Source of the DNA: Candidatus Adlerbacteria bacterium | GTDB lineage: Bacteria; Patescibacteriota; Minisyncoccia; Phycocordibacterales; SBAW01 | NCBI GenBank assembly: GCA_027451965.1 | Contig: DAIDHJ010000001.1 | Span: forward strand, 424,963-488,962 | Direction: 5' to 3' | Length of the DNA stretch: 64,000 nt | Shown here: piece by piece, positions 27,744 to 34,757 of the stretch | Numbering within the stretch: position 1 is the first letter of the stretch | Layout: the number at the start of each line of letters is the position of its first letter | Position numbers and translations under genes: made by a program | Notes under the pieces: generated by a model | Told to the model about the DNA's origin: nothing | The model's database searches: none | The model's input: the letters and a program-made list of their open reading frames with translations, nothing else

Positions 27744-30171
27744 CGGCTTTCGGGGGATGCTTAAGCCCCAGGAATTGACGCTCACACGCAAAGGTGAAAA
27801 CTCTCCTTCTTCCTTGGTTCTCTACGGACTAAACAGTTCGGGCAAAACATCTTTTGTCGATGGCATCGAATGGTTTCTATCCCCTAACAATGAGATTGAG
27901 TGGCTCAAGCGTGAAGATGCAAGAGAGCGTGCTTATCCGCACCAAGAAGCACAGGACGGCGATAGTTTCGTCGAGATTGATTTTGCCGATGACAAAAAAG
28001 AAATCGGTGTACTACGTAAATCTTTTAATCAAAAGAAAGTAACCCAGCCAGGTTTATCCTCCGAAACCGATTTTGAAAAGGTTTATCAATCTTTTGTCAT
28101 TCGACCTTACCTTCGGTATCTAGAAGTGATTGATTTCGTTTATAACCGCACAGGCCTAGAAAAATATCAAAAACTAGCGGGTTGGATGGGGTTTGAAAAC
28201 GAGCTTTCGTTTCAAGAAAAGATAGCGCTGGATATTCTGCCTGAACTTAAAAGAAAGGAGAAAAACCTCACGGATAACGTAGCACTATTTGAGCGTCAAC
28301 TTGTACAGCTTATGGGTGCTGGGAAATTTGCTGATGAAGCAAGCATACTCGAATTTTGCAATGCAATTTTCACAAAACATAAGGTGAATCTCTCTTCAAG
28401 CATCAAAGATATCCCAAGCAGACTCGAAGAATTAAATAAATTAAAAAGCGCAGCAGGAGTAGCTGTAAAGGTGAGCAAGCTTACCGAGGTGGAGGTCTCA
28501 CTCACTCAAGTAAGTGTGGACGACGTTTTAATCAACGCAGTAGATAAATTGAACGAGACCCTAACTCGGTTCCTTAAAGATAAAGCACTGGTTCAGAAGA
28601 TAGATGTGATTGATGTTTATACACAAGCTTTGGATATCCTGAATCGGAACACGGATGCAAAAACAAGTTGCCCTGTATGCGGTACCAGCTGGGATAGAGG
28701 CAAATTGCAGGAGCACATTAAAGAAGAACTAACCTTGCTTGAAAAGATAAAACAAGAGAAGGAAGAGATTGCTAGAACTATTACTTCAACGAAGTCTCTT
28801 GTGAGAAGAGAGCAAGAAATGGTGAAGCAAATTATTTGGAAGTACGAAGAGGGGCAGAAAATCCTCCCAAATATTTCATACGAAAAACTCCAAGAATATC
28901 AAACAGCACTAGCTGCTCTAGATGGCGAGTTTGGCGGGAACATTTTTGAGAAAGGCAGAATTTCATCTTCACTAAGTCTAGATGATATCCCTAAAATAAA
29001 TACGGAAAAAGATGCTGCATTGGCTGCTATTGGCGTCGAAAAAGCAAAGCTCCAGCTGTCAAAAGATGCTCTTAGTTTGAGTTCTGACACAGAGAAAATC
29101 GCTCAAATAAAAGATAAATGGAAAGAAATCTTGGAGGCAAAAAGTGAACTTGCTTTCTTTACTGCTGAATACAGCAAATTCGCGGGGCTAGGAAACGCAT
29201 TGGTAAAGTTAATACAAGAAAATATCAAGAGCAGGTTTGGCGAGATGTCAGCCCAAATCGGAAAGTATTTTGGGATTCTTCGTAGCGACAAGGATATTAA
29301 AGACATCGAAATATTACTTAACGAAGCAAAAGGGAAAGCGGCGGGTCGCTCCGCTGAGATTCAATTAAATTACTACGACATTACCGTCAAACCCGCGTAT
29401 AAAGTATTAAGCGAGTCCCTTCTTAATAGCTTGGGTCTCGCTGTTTACTTTGCATGCGTAAGACAATTTAACGAAGACTGCAAGTTTGTAGTTCTCGATG
29501 ACATCATGAATAGCCTCGATATTGATAACAGAGATACCGTATTGGATTTAGTCGAGCAAGAGTTTTCTGACTATCAATTTATCTTGCTGACTCACGACTT
29601 TTATTGGTTTCAGAAGATTATGCGTAGGTTCCCAAACTGGATAAGCAAGAAGATAAAAGGCTGGGATTACAAGACTGGCTCTAAGATTGATTTTGCCCAA
29701 ACAAGTAAAGAAGAAATTGAAGAGCTATTGTCTGATGCCACCACGGTTGAAGATGCTGGCTTTAAACTGGGACGCCACATTGAAGGCATCCTGAATGAAT
29801 TGTGTGAAAACCTCTGGGCAGAAATAAGATACCGATATACAAAAAACGACCCTCCCGCAATGGAAGAGCTTTTTGATGCTCTCTATAAAAGGCTGAAGAG
29901 CAAAGTGAATCAAAATCCGATTGTGGAGAAGGTTGAGAATGCTAAGAAGTATGAGCCTGTTTTACGCAATTTTACCGCACACGCTCGAAGCAATAGCGCT
30001 TCTACCGTTTCTCCAACCGAGGTAAAACGAGCAATGGAAGAATGGTTCATTCTTGAGGAGGATTTGTGGTGCCCTGATTGCAACCGCTACGTTGAGTACC
30101 ATAGGTCTAAAGATGCAATTGAATGCAAATGCGGCAAAAAGAAGCTCGAAAAGGTATCGACCAAAACCTAG
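27715..30171 (+). CDS. RloC/PrrC-like ABC-ATPase with zinc-hook coiled coil and C-terminal HEPN-like nuclease domain
   Basis: 818 aa. The N-terminus (KKITLSGFRG ... LYGLNSSGKTSFVDGIEWFL) is a RecF/SMC/AAA_13-type head with Walker A. The central coiled coil carries CPVCG, a Rad50/SbcC-like zinc hook. The C-terminal head has a signature-like LLNSLGLAVYF, Walker B/D-loop FVVLDDIMNSLD and H-loop ILLTHD. It is followed by a roughly 190-aa tail with VLRNFTAHA (an R-N-x3-H HEPN motif) and a terminal zinc ribbon CPDC...CKCG. The reading frame is unambiguous; the functional assignment is by motif only. Confidence 0.75.
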   Translation: MLKVKKITLSGFRGMLKPQELTLTRKGENSPSSLVLYGLNSSGKTSFVDGIEWFLSPNNEIEWLKREDARERAYPHQEAQDGDSFVEIDFADDKKEIGVLRKSFNQKKVTQPGLSSETDFEKVYQSFVIRPYLRYLEVIDFVYNRTGLEKYQKLAGWMGFENELSFQEKIALDILPELKRKEKNLTDNVALFERQLVQLMGAGKFADEASILEFCNAIFTKHKVNLSSSIKDIPSRLEELNKLKSAAGVAVKVSKLTEVEVSLTQVSVDDVLINAVDKLNETLTRFLKDKALVQKIDVIDVYTQALDILNRNTDAKTSCPVCGTSWDRGKLQEHIKEELTLLEKIKQEKEEIARTITSTKSLVRREQEMVKQIIWKYEEGQKILPNISYEKLQEYQTALAALDGEFGGNIFEKGRISSSLSLDDIPKINTEKDAALAAIGVEKAKLQLSKDALSLSSDTEKIAQIKDKWKEILEAKSELAFFTAEYSKFAGLGNALVKLIQENIKSRFGEMSAQIGKYFGILRSDKDIKDIEILLNEAKGKAAGRSAEIQLNYYDITVKPAYKVLSESLLNSLGLAVYFACVRQFNEDCKFVVLDDIMNSLDIDNRDTVLDLVEQEFSDYQFILLTHDFYWFQKIMRRFPNWISKKIKGWDYKTGSKIDFAQTSKEEIEELLSDATTVEDAGFKLGRHIEGILNELCENLWAEIRYRYTKNDPPAMEELFDALYKRLKSKVNQNPIVEKVENAKKYEPVLRNFTAHARSNSASTVSPTEVKRAMEEWFILEEDLWCPDCNRYVEYHRSKDAIECKCGKKKLEKVSTKT

Positions 30172-30180
30172 AGACAAAAC

Positions 30181-30348
30181 ATGCTCACGATTGACGAATG
30201 CAGAGCACTTATTCCTGATGGCGAGGAATTGTCTAACGAAGAAATTGCGCAAATAAGAAAAGACCATTACGAGATGATTCAATTGGCTTTTGATGTATGG
30301 GTCTTGCAGAGAAAAAATAAAAAACATGAACCCCGAATTGAGAAATAA
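30181..30348 (+). CDS. possible small ORF (55 aa) between the RloC-like gene and the next ORF
   Basis: ATG 10 nt after the TAG stop of the 818-aa gene. Translates to MLTIDECRALIPDGEELSNEEIAQIRKDHYEMIQLAFDVWVLQRKNKKHEPRIEK. It was absent from the ORF track because it is under 60 aa. It overlaps the next ORF start by 23 nt. SD is weak (GAGA). Confidence 0.2.
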   Translation: MLTIDECRALIPDGEELSNEEIAQIRKDHYEMIQLAFDVWVLQRKNKKHEPRIEK

Positions 30349-30784
30349 ATTATCTTGGTGGCATCTTAAGGCTAAAAAAGAGAAGGACTTATGGGTTCGC
30401 TTCGTCCTTTACTATTTGATATTTGACGCCTTTATAAGCGACGGCTCTGGAAGCGGAAATGACCAGGAGAAACTTCGCTGGTTCGTTAATAGCGAGAATT
30501 CCTTAAAAGCGAGCATAGATGGAGGATGGCAGACAAGATTACTTCCGTTGGCAAAAATTCTAAAAGGAATGTCGCCAGTTCAAGATATGCGTCCTGGGTC
30601 AACCAGAGACGTTTCTGTAATTGACGAAAACAATCTTGAAGAAGTCTTTGCTGTTATATATCAAATTAGATGCAATCTTTTCCACGGCTCAAAAGACGTC
30701 ATGAATGGCAGAGATTCCAACCTCGTTGAACATGCAGGGAATTTCCTGCGCTATATGATTGATTGGTGGTTTGTCAGTACCTGA
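30326..30784 (+). CDS. hypothetical protein with HEPN-like R-x4-H-G motif
   Basis: The start is set at the internal Met (MNPELRNKLSWWH); the ORF-track frame starts at 30290. Trp-rich and helical. Has QIRCNLFHGSKD (R-x4-H-G) in the C-terminal third. Its stop TGA (30782-30784) is followed after 1 nt by the ATG of the next ORF. Confidence 0.45.
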   Translation: MNPELRNKLSWWHLKAKKEKDLWVRFVLYYLIFDAFISDGSGSGNDQEKLRWFVNSENSLKASIDGGWQTRLLPLAKILKGMSPVQDMRPGSTRDVSVIDENNLEEVFAVIYQIRCNLFHGSKDVMNGRDSNLVEHAGNFLRYMIDWWFVST

Positions 30785-30785
30785 T

Positions 30786-31673
30786 ATGTCCAACAAATAT
30801 TTGATGCAAAAAAGAGTGAAGACCCCTATCTATACTTTTGATAAATCAGAGTACAGAGAGTTCACCTTTGAGCCTTACCGCGATAACCAATCGCTCGAAG
30901 GAGACCTCCTCGTATCCCGAACCCTTGAAGCTGAGAACGGGAACGAGGCTATGCGTAAATTCTTTACGGAATTAGAGCCCATCCTCAATGCCATATCTGT
31001 CCTGACACAGACAATCATTTTTCCCCTCCCAACTGCAAGTCATTTGCTCTATAAGCTGGAAAACAACCCAGACAATCTTTTTTACGCAAACATTGCAAAC
31101 GATAGCGAGACGGCTGGAATGGGCTTAGAAAGTGAAGTTTTTGAGGATGTAGAGAAGCTGCTGAATATTGCTAATCCTATTGCCTTTTCCTACCTGAGAG
31201 ACGCTATAGGGACACTTTCGAGTGTTCAGCAACTATCAATGCTCATAAGCGCGGCGGAAGCCTTCGCGGGGACTTCGAAGACAAAAGGCTTTTGTAAGAA
31301 GTGTGGAGAGCCTTACGAGTACTCTTCGACTGACAAGGACAAGCTGAGGCTCATCTTAGGCGATGCGCTGTACAAGAGACTCTATACCGACGGCTTACGG
31401 CACAAGCTTGCACATGGTGGGGATTTCAACGGAGAAGCAGTCGCGGCAACCGCTGGGGAAACATATTCCAGAATCAGTCTTGGGTACCTGAAAGAGACAT
31501 ACAGTCTGAGTTCACTTGAAGAAATACACGGAGCGCCGCGCTCGTTTGTTTACGAATACTCCCACCACGGAGCTAAAATGCTCAGTTCAGATGCTCCAAC
31601 TTTAAAGCTCGTGGAAGCAGAGTGGGATTCGCCTGTTAGCTTTGCTTTCGCCGCCCTACCAGCAGACTACTAA
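30786..31673 (+). CDS. hypothetical protein with CxxC and HEPN-like R-x4-H-G motif
   Basis: 295 aa starting from ATG at 30786, arranged TGAtATG with the upstream ORF. Contains CKKCGEPYEY and LRHKLAHGGDF (R-x4-H-GG). Confidence 0.5.
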   Translation: MSNKYLMQKRVKTPIYTFDKSEYREFTFEPYRDNQSLEGDLLVSRTLEAENGNEAMRKFFTELEPILNAISVLTQTIIFPLPTASHLLYKLENNPDNLFYANIANDSETAGMGLESEVFEDVEKLLNIANPIAFSYLRDAIGTLSSVQQLSMLISAAEAFAGTSKTKGFCKKCGEPYEYSSTDKDKLRLILGDALYKRLYTDGLRHKLAHGGDFNGEAVAATAGETYSRISLGYLKETYSLSSLEEIHGAPRSFVYEYSHHGAKMLSSDAPTLKLVEAEWDSPVSFAFAALPADY

Positions 31674-31895
31674 CGACAAATATTTGGGGCTGGCTATCAA
31701 ATTAGGTGAGGGCATCCTCCCGCAAAAACACGCGGGCAAAACCGAAACTGGCACTACCCAAAATCGCCTGAAGGTTCTCTACCTGATAACAGCCAGCAGT
31801 TGTCGAATGTGCTGGAGCGACACCGACGGCTGTGGGAATATAACCTCCCATCGAGCGGTTCGTATGCTATCCCTCCATTCGAGCAAGGAAATATA

Positions 31896-31921
31896 GACAA
31901 AAATATAAAAAGTATGGTATA
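31896..31921 (+). promoter_or_regulatory. sigma70-like promoter with extended -10 for the 150-aa gene
   Basis: TAGACA -35-like element, 18-nt spacer, then tgGTATAAT extended -10. It is followed by a strong SD (TTGGAGGAAAT) and the ATG at 31945. The -10 lies inside 31905-31921; spacer and -35 coordinates are approximate. Confidence 0.4.
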
Positions 31922-31944
31922 ATTTCCCCTAGATTGGAGGAAAT

Positions 31945-32397
31945 ATGAAGGTGGTTTACCATGGATCTCCCTTCCTCGGACTACGTACGGTAGAACCAAA
32001 ACTAAATCGAAGAATACGAAATGGGCAAGTGATATTTGAAGCCCATGCATTCCATGCTACTCCCCTGCGTTGGATTGCGCTTGCTTACACAGCAACTCAA
32101 TTTTCCAATAATGCATACACGATGGGCGTCGATTTATATGGTTCTTACACGAAAAGGCGAATCGCTATCTTTGGGAGTACTTCTCTTGAAGAAAGTTTGG
32201 TTCGCTTATATGGATCTGGTGGGTACCTCTATACATTTGATGCATCACATTTTATCCGCCTTCCTGGTTTAGGAGACTTGGAAGTTATCACACAAGACTC
32301 GGTGCATCCAATATGTAGTGAACTCATACTAGATCCCGTGAAGGAAATGGAACGAGAAGGAGTAGAGTTTCATTTTGTACGTAAGAAGAATACTTAA
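31945..32397 (+). CDS. hypothetical protein with N-terminal YHGS motif (possible H-Y-E ADP-ribosyltransferase-like fold)
   Basis: 150 aa with its own promoter and a GGAGG SD. The N-terminal MKVVYHGSPFLGLRT resembles the H-G-S/T NAD-binding motif of PARP/DarT/Tpt1-type ART-fold proteins. That resemblance is inference only. Confidence 0.5.
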   Translation: MKVVYHGSPFLGLRTVEPKLNRRIRNGQVIFEAHAFHATPLRWIALAYTATQFSNNAYTMGVDLYGSYTKRRIAIFGSTSLEESLVRLYGSGGYLYTFDASHFIRLPGLGDLEVITQDSVHPICSELILDPVKEMEREGVEFHFVRKKNT

Positions 32398-32512
32398 CAG
32401 GCCGATGATTCATCGGCCTGTTTTTAGATTATTATTGAAACAATATGACTTATGTATACCACGCCGTACCCTCTGAAATAATAGGATCAATACTCTACCC
32501 TCTTAATCAGTT

Positions 32513-32543
32513 ATAAGTTCGAACGTCCTCTAGTAGGCGGAGC
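32513..32543 (+). repeat. direct repeat copy 1 (ATAaGTTCGAACGTCCTCTAGTAGGCGGAGC)
   Basis: 31-nt element that reappears at 33209-33239 with one mismatch. The two copies flank the GNAT cassette. Confidence 0.65.
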
Positions 32544-32641
32544 ACTAAATTGACGAAATATAGTTTTTGTGTTAAAAAAACAGCAGACTCGGAATAATCC
32601 GATTTTTGATCTTCTCATCATATCGCACTATGGAGGTGCTA

Positions 32642-33184
32642 ATGAGCATTAGTATCGTTCTCGCCTCTCCAAAAGATGCGCGAGGTATTCAGGAGGTCTT
32701 CTACGATACGTGGCTTGCTACCTATCCCAACGAAGAACTTATGATCAGAGTTGGAGACATCAAAGACTTTCTCAAGAACCATTTATCTACCGAATCTCTT
32801 GAGAGACGACGTCAGCAGATCAGTGTGAATCCATCACCTCACGGAAGAATATTTCTGGTAGCAAAAGACGAAGAACGGGTTGTTGGAGTATGCAACGTAG
32901 TTACCTATCCAACACATAACCAGATCCACAGCCTCTACGTGCTTCCTGAATATCAACGCATGCGCATTGGGAGTGACCTATGCTATAAGGCATTTGGATA
33001 CTTCAATTCATTATTCCCCACTACTTTGTGGGTCGCCTCTTATAATTCAAAAGCCATTCGATTCTATGAATCGCTAGGGTTTCGAGATACTGGGGAGCGT
33101 AAGGAAGATGAGACGATTCGTTTCCGAAATGGGATTCGCATGCCTGAGATGGAAATGGTTCGTGAACCTAGGTCGGCACTGTAA
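32642..33184 (+). CDS. GNAT family N-acetyltransferase
   Basis: Start after a GGAGGTG SD. Contains the acetyl-CoA motif YQRMRIGSDL (Q/RxxGxG/A) and IRFYESLGF. The ORF-track frame starts earlier, at 32606. Confidence 0.8.
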   Translation: MSISIVLASPKDARGIQEVFYDTWLATYPNEELMIRVGDIKDFLKNHLSTESLERRRQQISVNPSPHGRIFLVAKDEERVVGVCNVVTYPTHNQIHSLYVLPEYQRMRIGSDLCYKAFGYFNSLFPTTLWVASYNSKAIRFYESLGFRDTGERKEDETIRFRNGIRMPEMEMVREPRSAL

Positions 33185-33200
33185 CCAGTGCCGACTTTTT
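33172..33200 (+). terminator. rho-independent terminator of the GNAT gene
   Basis: Perfect 10-bp stem GTCGGCACTG/CAGTGCCGAC with a TAAC loop that contains the GNAT stop codon, followed by TTTTT. Confidence 0.7.
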
Positions 33201-33208
33201 CATTTGTA

Positions 33209-33239
33209 ATAGGTTCGAACGTCCTCTAGTAGGCGGAGC
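33209..33239 (+). repeat. direct repeat copy 2 (ATAgGTTCGAACGTCCTCTAGTAGGCGGAGC)
   Basis: Second copy of the 31-nt element, immediately after the GNAT terminator and abutting the stop of the cytochrome b-like gene. Confidence 0.65.
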
Positions 33240-33243
33240 CTGA

Positions 33244-34617
33244 TTACTTACCCTTCCAAATTATTTTTGCGAATGGCAACCATTCAGGAATTCTATTAAT
33301 GTATGGAATATATGGAAACAAGATGAGCAACAATGCACAGAATCCTAATATTTCTGCTCCATCTCGATCACCGTTTTGATCATTAGCAAGAATAGTATGA
33401 TCCAAAAAACCAAGAGGTGCGAGCCACCACGCACCTGGTGGTATAAATCCTTTTTCTTCCCGCATCATTCCCCATTGATCGGTAGTAATATGCAGTTGCG
33501 TTGCCTCTGCATCCAGTACACCGGTATCAGCAAGGAACCGTAAGGAGTAGGTCGGCTGTATTGCAACATTTTCCGAGTCTAGGATGGGTGTATACGTACC
33601 TTGTTGTCCCATGAGTACTAATGCACTAATTACTGGAATAAGAGGGTTACTATTTTGTTGTACAACGAGAGAACCGTTATTTTGGAAATAATTTGATGCC
33701 TGTGTAATGTATTTCTGCTGCAGAGTAGTATTTGCCTCCTCAAAAAGAGCCAGATCATCTATACCATGTGTTGAGGCATAAGATGCATAAGGTATGGAAA
33801 CATAGATAGCACGTGTGTCATAAGTGTAGGGATCTATTGAGTCTAGGTAGGTAGCAGTATCGGAGGTATGGGTAAATTCACTCAAAAGCGTTTGTGCCAT
33901 AAGAGCTGGAGACTCCTTTGCAACCTGGGTAATAGTTACAGGAGCAATAAATGGTGAGGGAAATAATAATGCCAAAAATAAGATCACAGAGCCTAAGATA
34001 ATCCCTCTCAAAAATAATCTTCTATGATCCGCCGATACCATTGTATATGAGACATTTTTGCGATACGGTTTCGCAATACCTCGTATCTTCACCAAGGCAT
34101 AGTGAATACATATCACAGTAACTAGAGAAATGGGGATATATATTACATGCAAACCATATACCTGAGCATAGTTCAATGTACTGATGAATTTTCCTATGAA
34201 TGCCCCGTTATAAAAATCTGCCCCTTGTAATGCTCGGTACTGGGAAGAAAAATCACCGCGCAAACCGTACCCAAATTCTGCTTCCGTTAGTACTACTAGC
34301 AATGCAATGACTCCCACTATCCATGTCAGTTTTCTGGGCGTTCGAAAAGCGCTGGTAGAAAATACAACCAAAAAATGAAGAAGAATGATTAGCACAAAAG
34401 CCTGTGCAGACCATAGATGAATACTACGTACTACTACACCCCACGGGTTCGTGAGCCACCACGAAGGACCGAAGACAATCATGGTGAGACCAGATGCAAT
34501 CAATAGTGTTAAACAAGTCAGTGCCAAAAAACCGAGAGAATAAAAAATAGTATTTCCATAAGAAGGAACCTTGGTAATAAAGATTTTCTCTTTTGTTTTA
34601 TTCCACCACTGAAACAT
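33244..34617 (-). CDS. cytochrome b (QcrB/PetB N-terminal di-heme domain)-like membrane protein with long C-terminal extension
   Basis: 457 aa. Helix B VVVRSIHLWSAQAFVLIILLHFLVVF has two His 14 apart, followed by PRKLTWIVGV. Compare Bacillus QcrB IVRGMHHWGASLVIVMMFLHTLRVFF...PRELNWIVGV. Helix D GLHVIYIPISLVTVICIHYALVKIRGIAKP again pairs two His. The C-terminal roughly 250 aa are a non-cytochrome extension. Confidence 0.7.
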   Translation of the reverse strand: MFQWWNKTKEKIFITKVPSYGNTIFYSLGFLALTCLTLLIASGLTMIVFGPSWWLTNPWGVVVRSIHLWSAQAFVLIILLHFLVVFSTSAFRTPRKLTWIVGVIALLVVLTEAEFGYGLRGDFSSQYRALQGADFYNGAFIGKFISTLNYAQVYGLHVIYIPISLVTVICIHYALVKIRGIAKPYRKNVSYTMVSADHRRLFLRGIILGSVILFLALLFPSPFIAPVTITQVAKESPALMAQTLLSEFTHTSDTATYLDSIDPYTYDTRAIYVSIPYASYASTHGIDDLALFEEANTTLQQKYITQASNYFQNNGSLVVQQNSNPLIPVISALVLMGQQGTYTPILDSENVAIQPTYSLRFLADTGVLDAEATQLHITTDQWGMMREEKGFIPPGAWWLAPLGFLDHTILANDQNGDRDGAEILGFCALLLILFPYIPYINRIPEWLPFAKIIWKGK

Positions 34618-34689
34618 TACGATAAGTTGATTTTACACCAAAACAAATGAGGCGCTCGAACACCTCTCCAGCAGAGATAAATCAAATAC

Positions 34690-34718
34690 TTGACAAGTTA
34701 ATTAATATATTCTACAAT
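34690..34718 (+). promoter_or_regulatory. near-consensus sigma70 promoter
   Basis: TTGACA (34690-34695), 17-nt spacer, TACAAT (34713-34718). Followed by SD AAGGAGAG and an ATG at 34758. Confidence 0.55.
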
Positions 34719-34757
34719 ATATCCAGGAGATTTGGGTTATCTTTTAAGGAGAGCACT

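Noticed and set aside
27282-27791. 169-aa minus-strand ORF immediately after tRNA-Asn
   Set aside because: Low-complexity, Cys/Leu-rich translation that is antisense to the better-supported orf60 and the 818-aa gene start. No SD. Typical of an A/T-rich spurious frame.
30290-30325. Upstream extension (MMYGSCREKIKN) of the 152-aa ORF
   Set aside because: It would lie entirely inside the alternative 55-aa ORF in another frame and has no SD. The start at MNPEL (30326) gives a cleaner coupled arrangement. The true start is still uncertain.
30786-31673. HNH nuclease assignment for orf295 (HKLAHGGDFN resembles the H-x-GG-x-N part of HNH motifs)
   Set aside because: The downstream CxxC-H zinc-finger half of an HNH motif is missing after the Asn. 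The R-x4-H-G reading (HEPN-like) fits better. Both remain unverified.
32513-33239. Interpretation of the 31-bp repeats as duplicated tRNA-Asn 3' end (attL/attR)
   Set aside because: Similarity to the tRNA 3' segment is patchy (AGGTTCGA and GGAGC blocks only). The repeat cannot fold as a T-arm/acceptor, so it is not a tRNA fragment. It is kept as a direct-repeat finding only.
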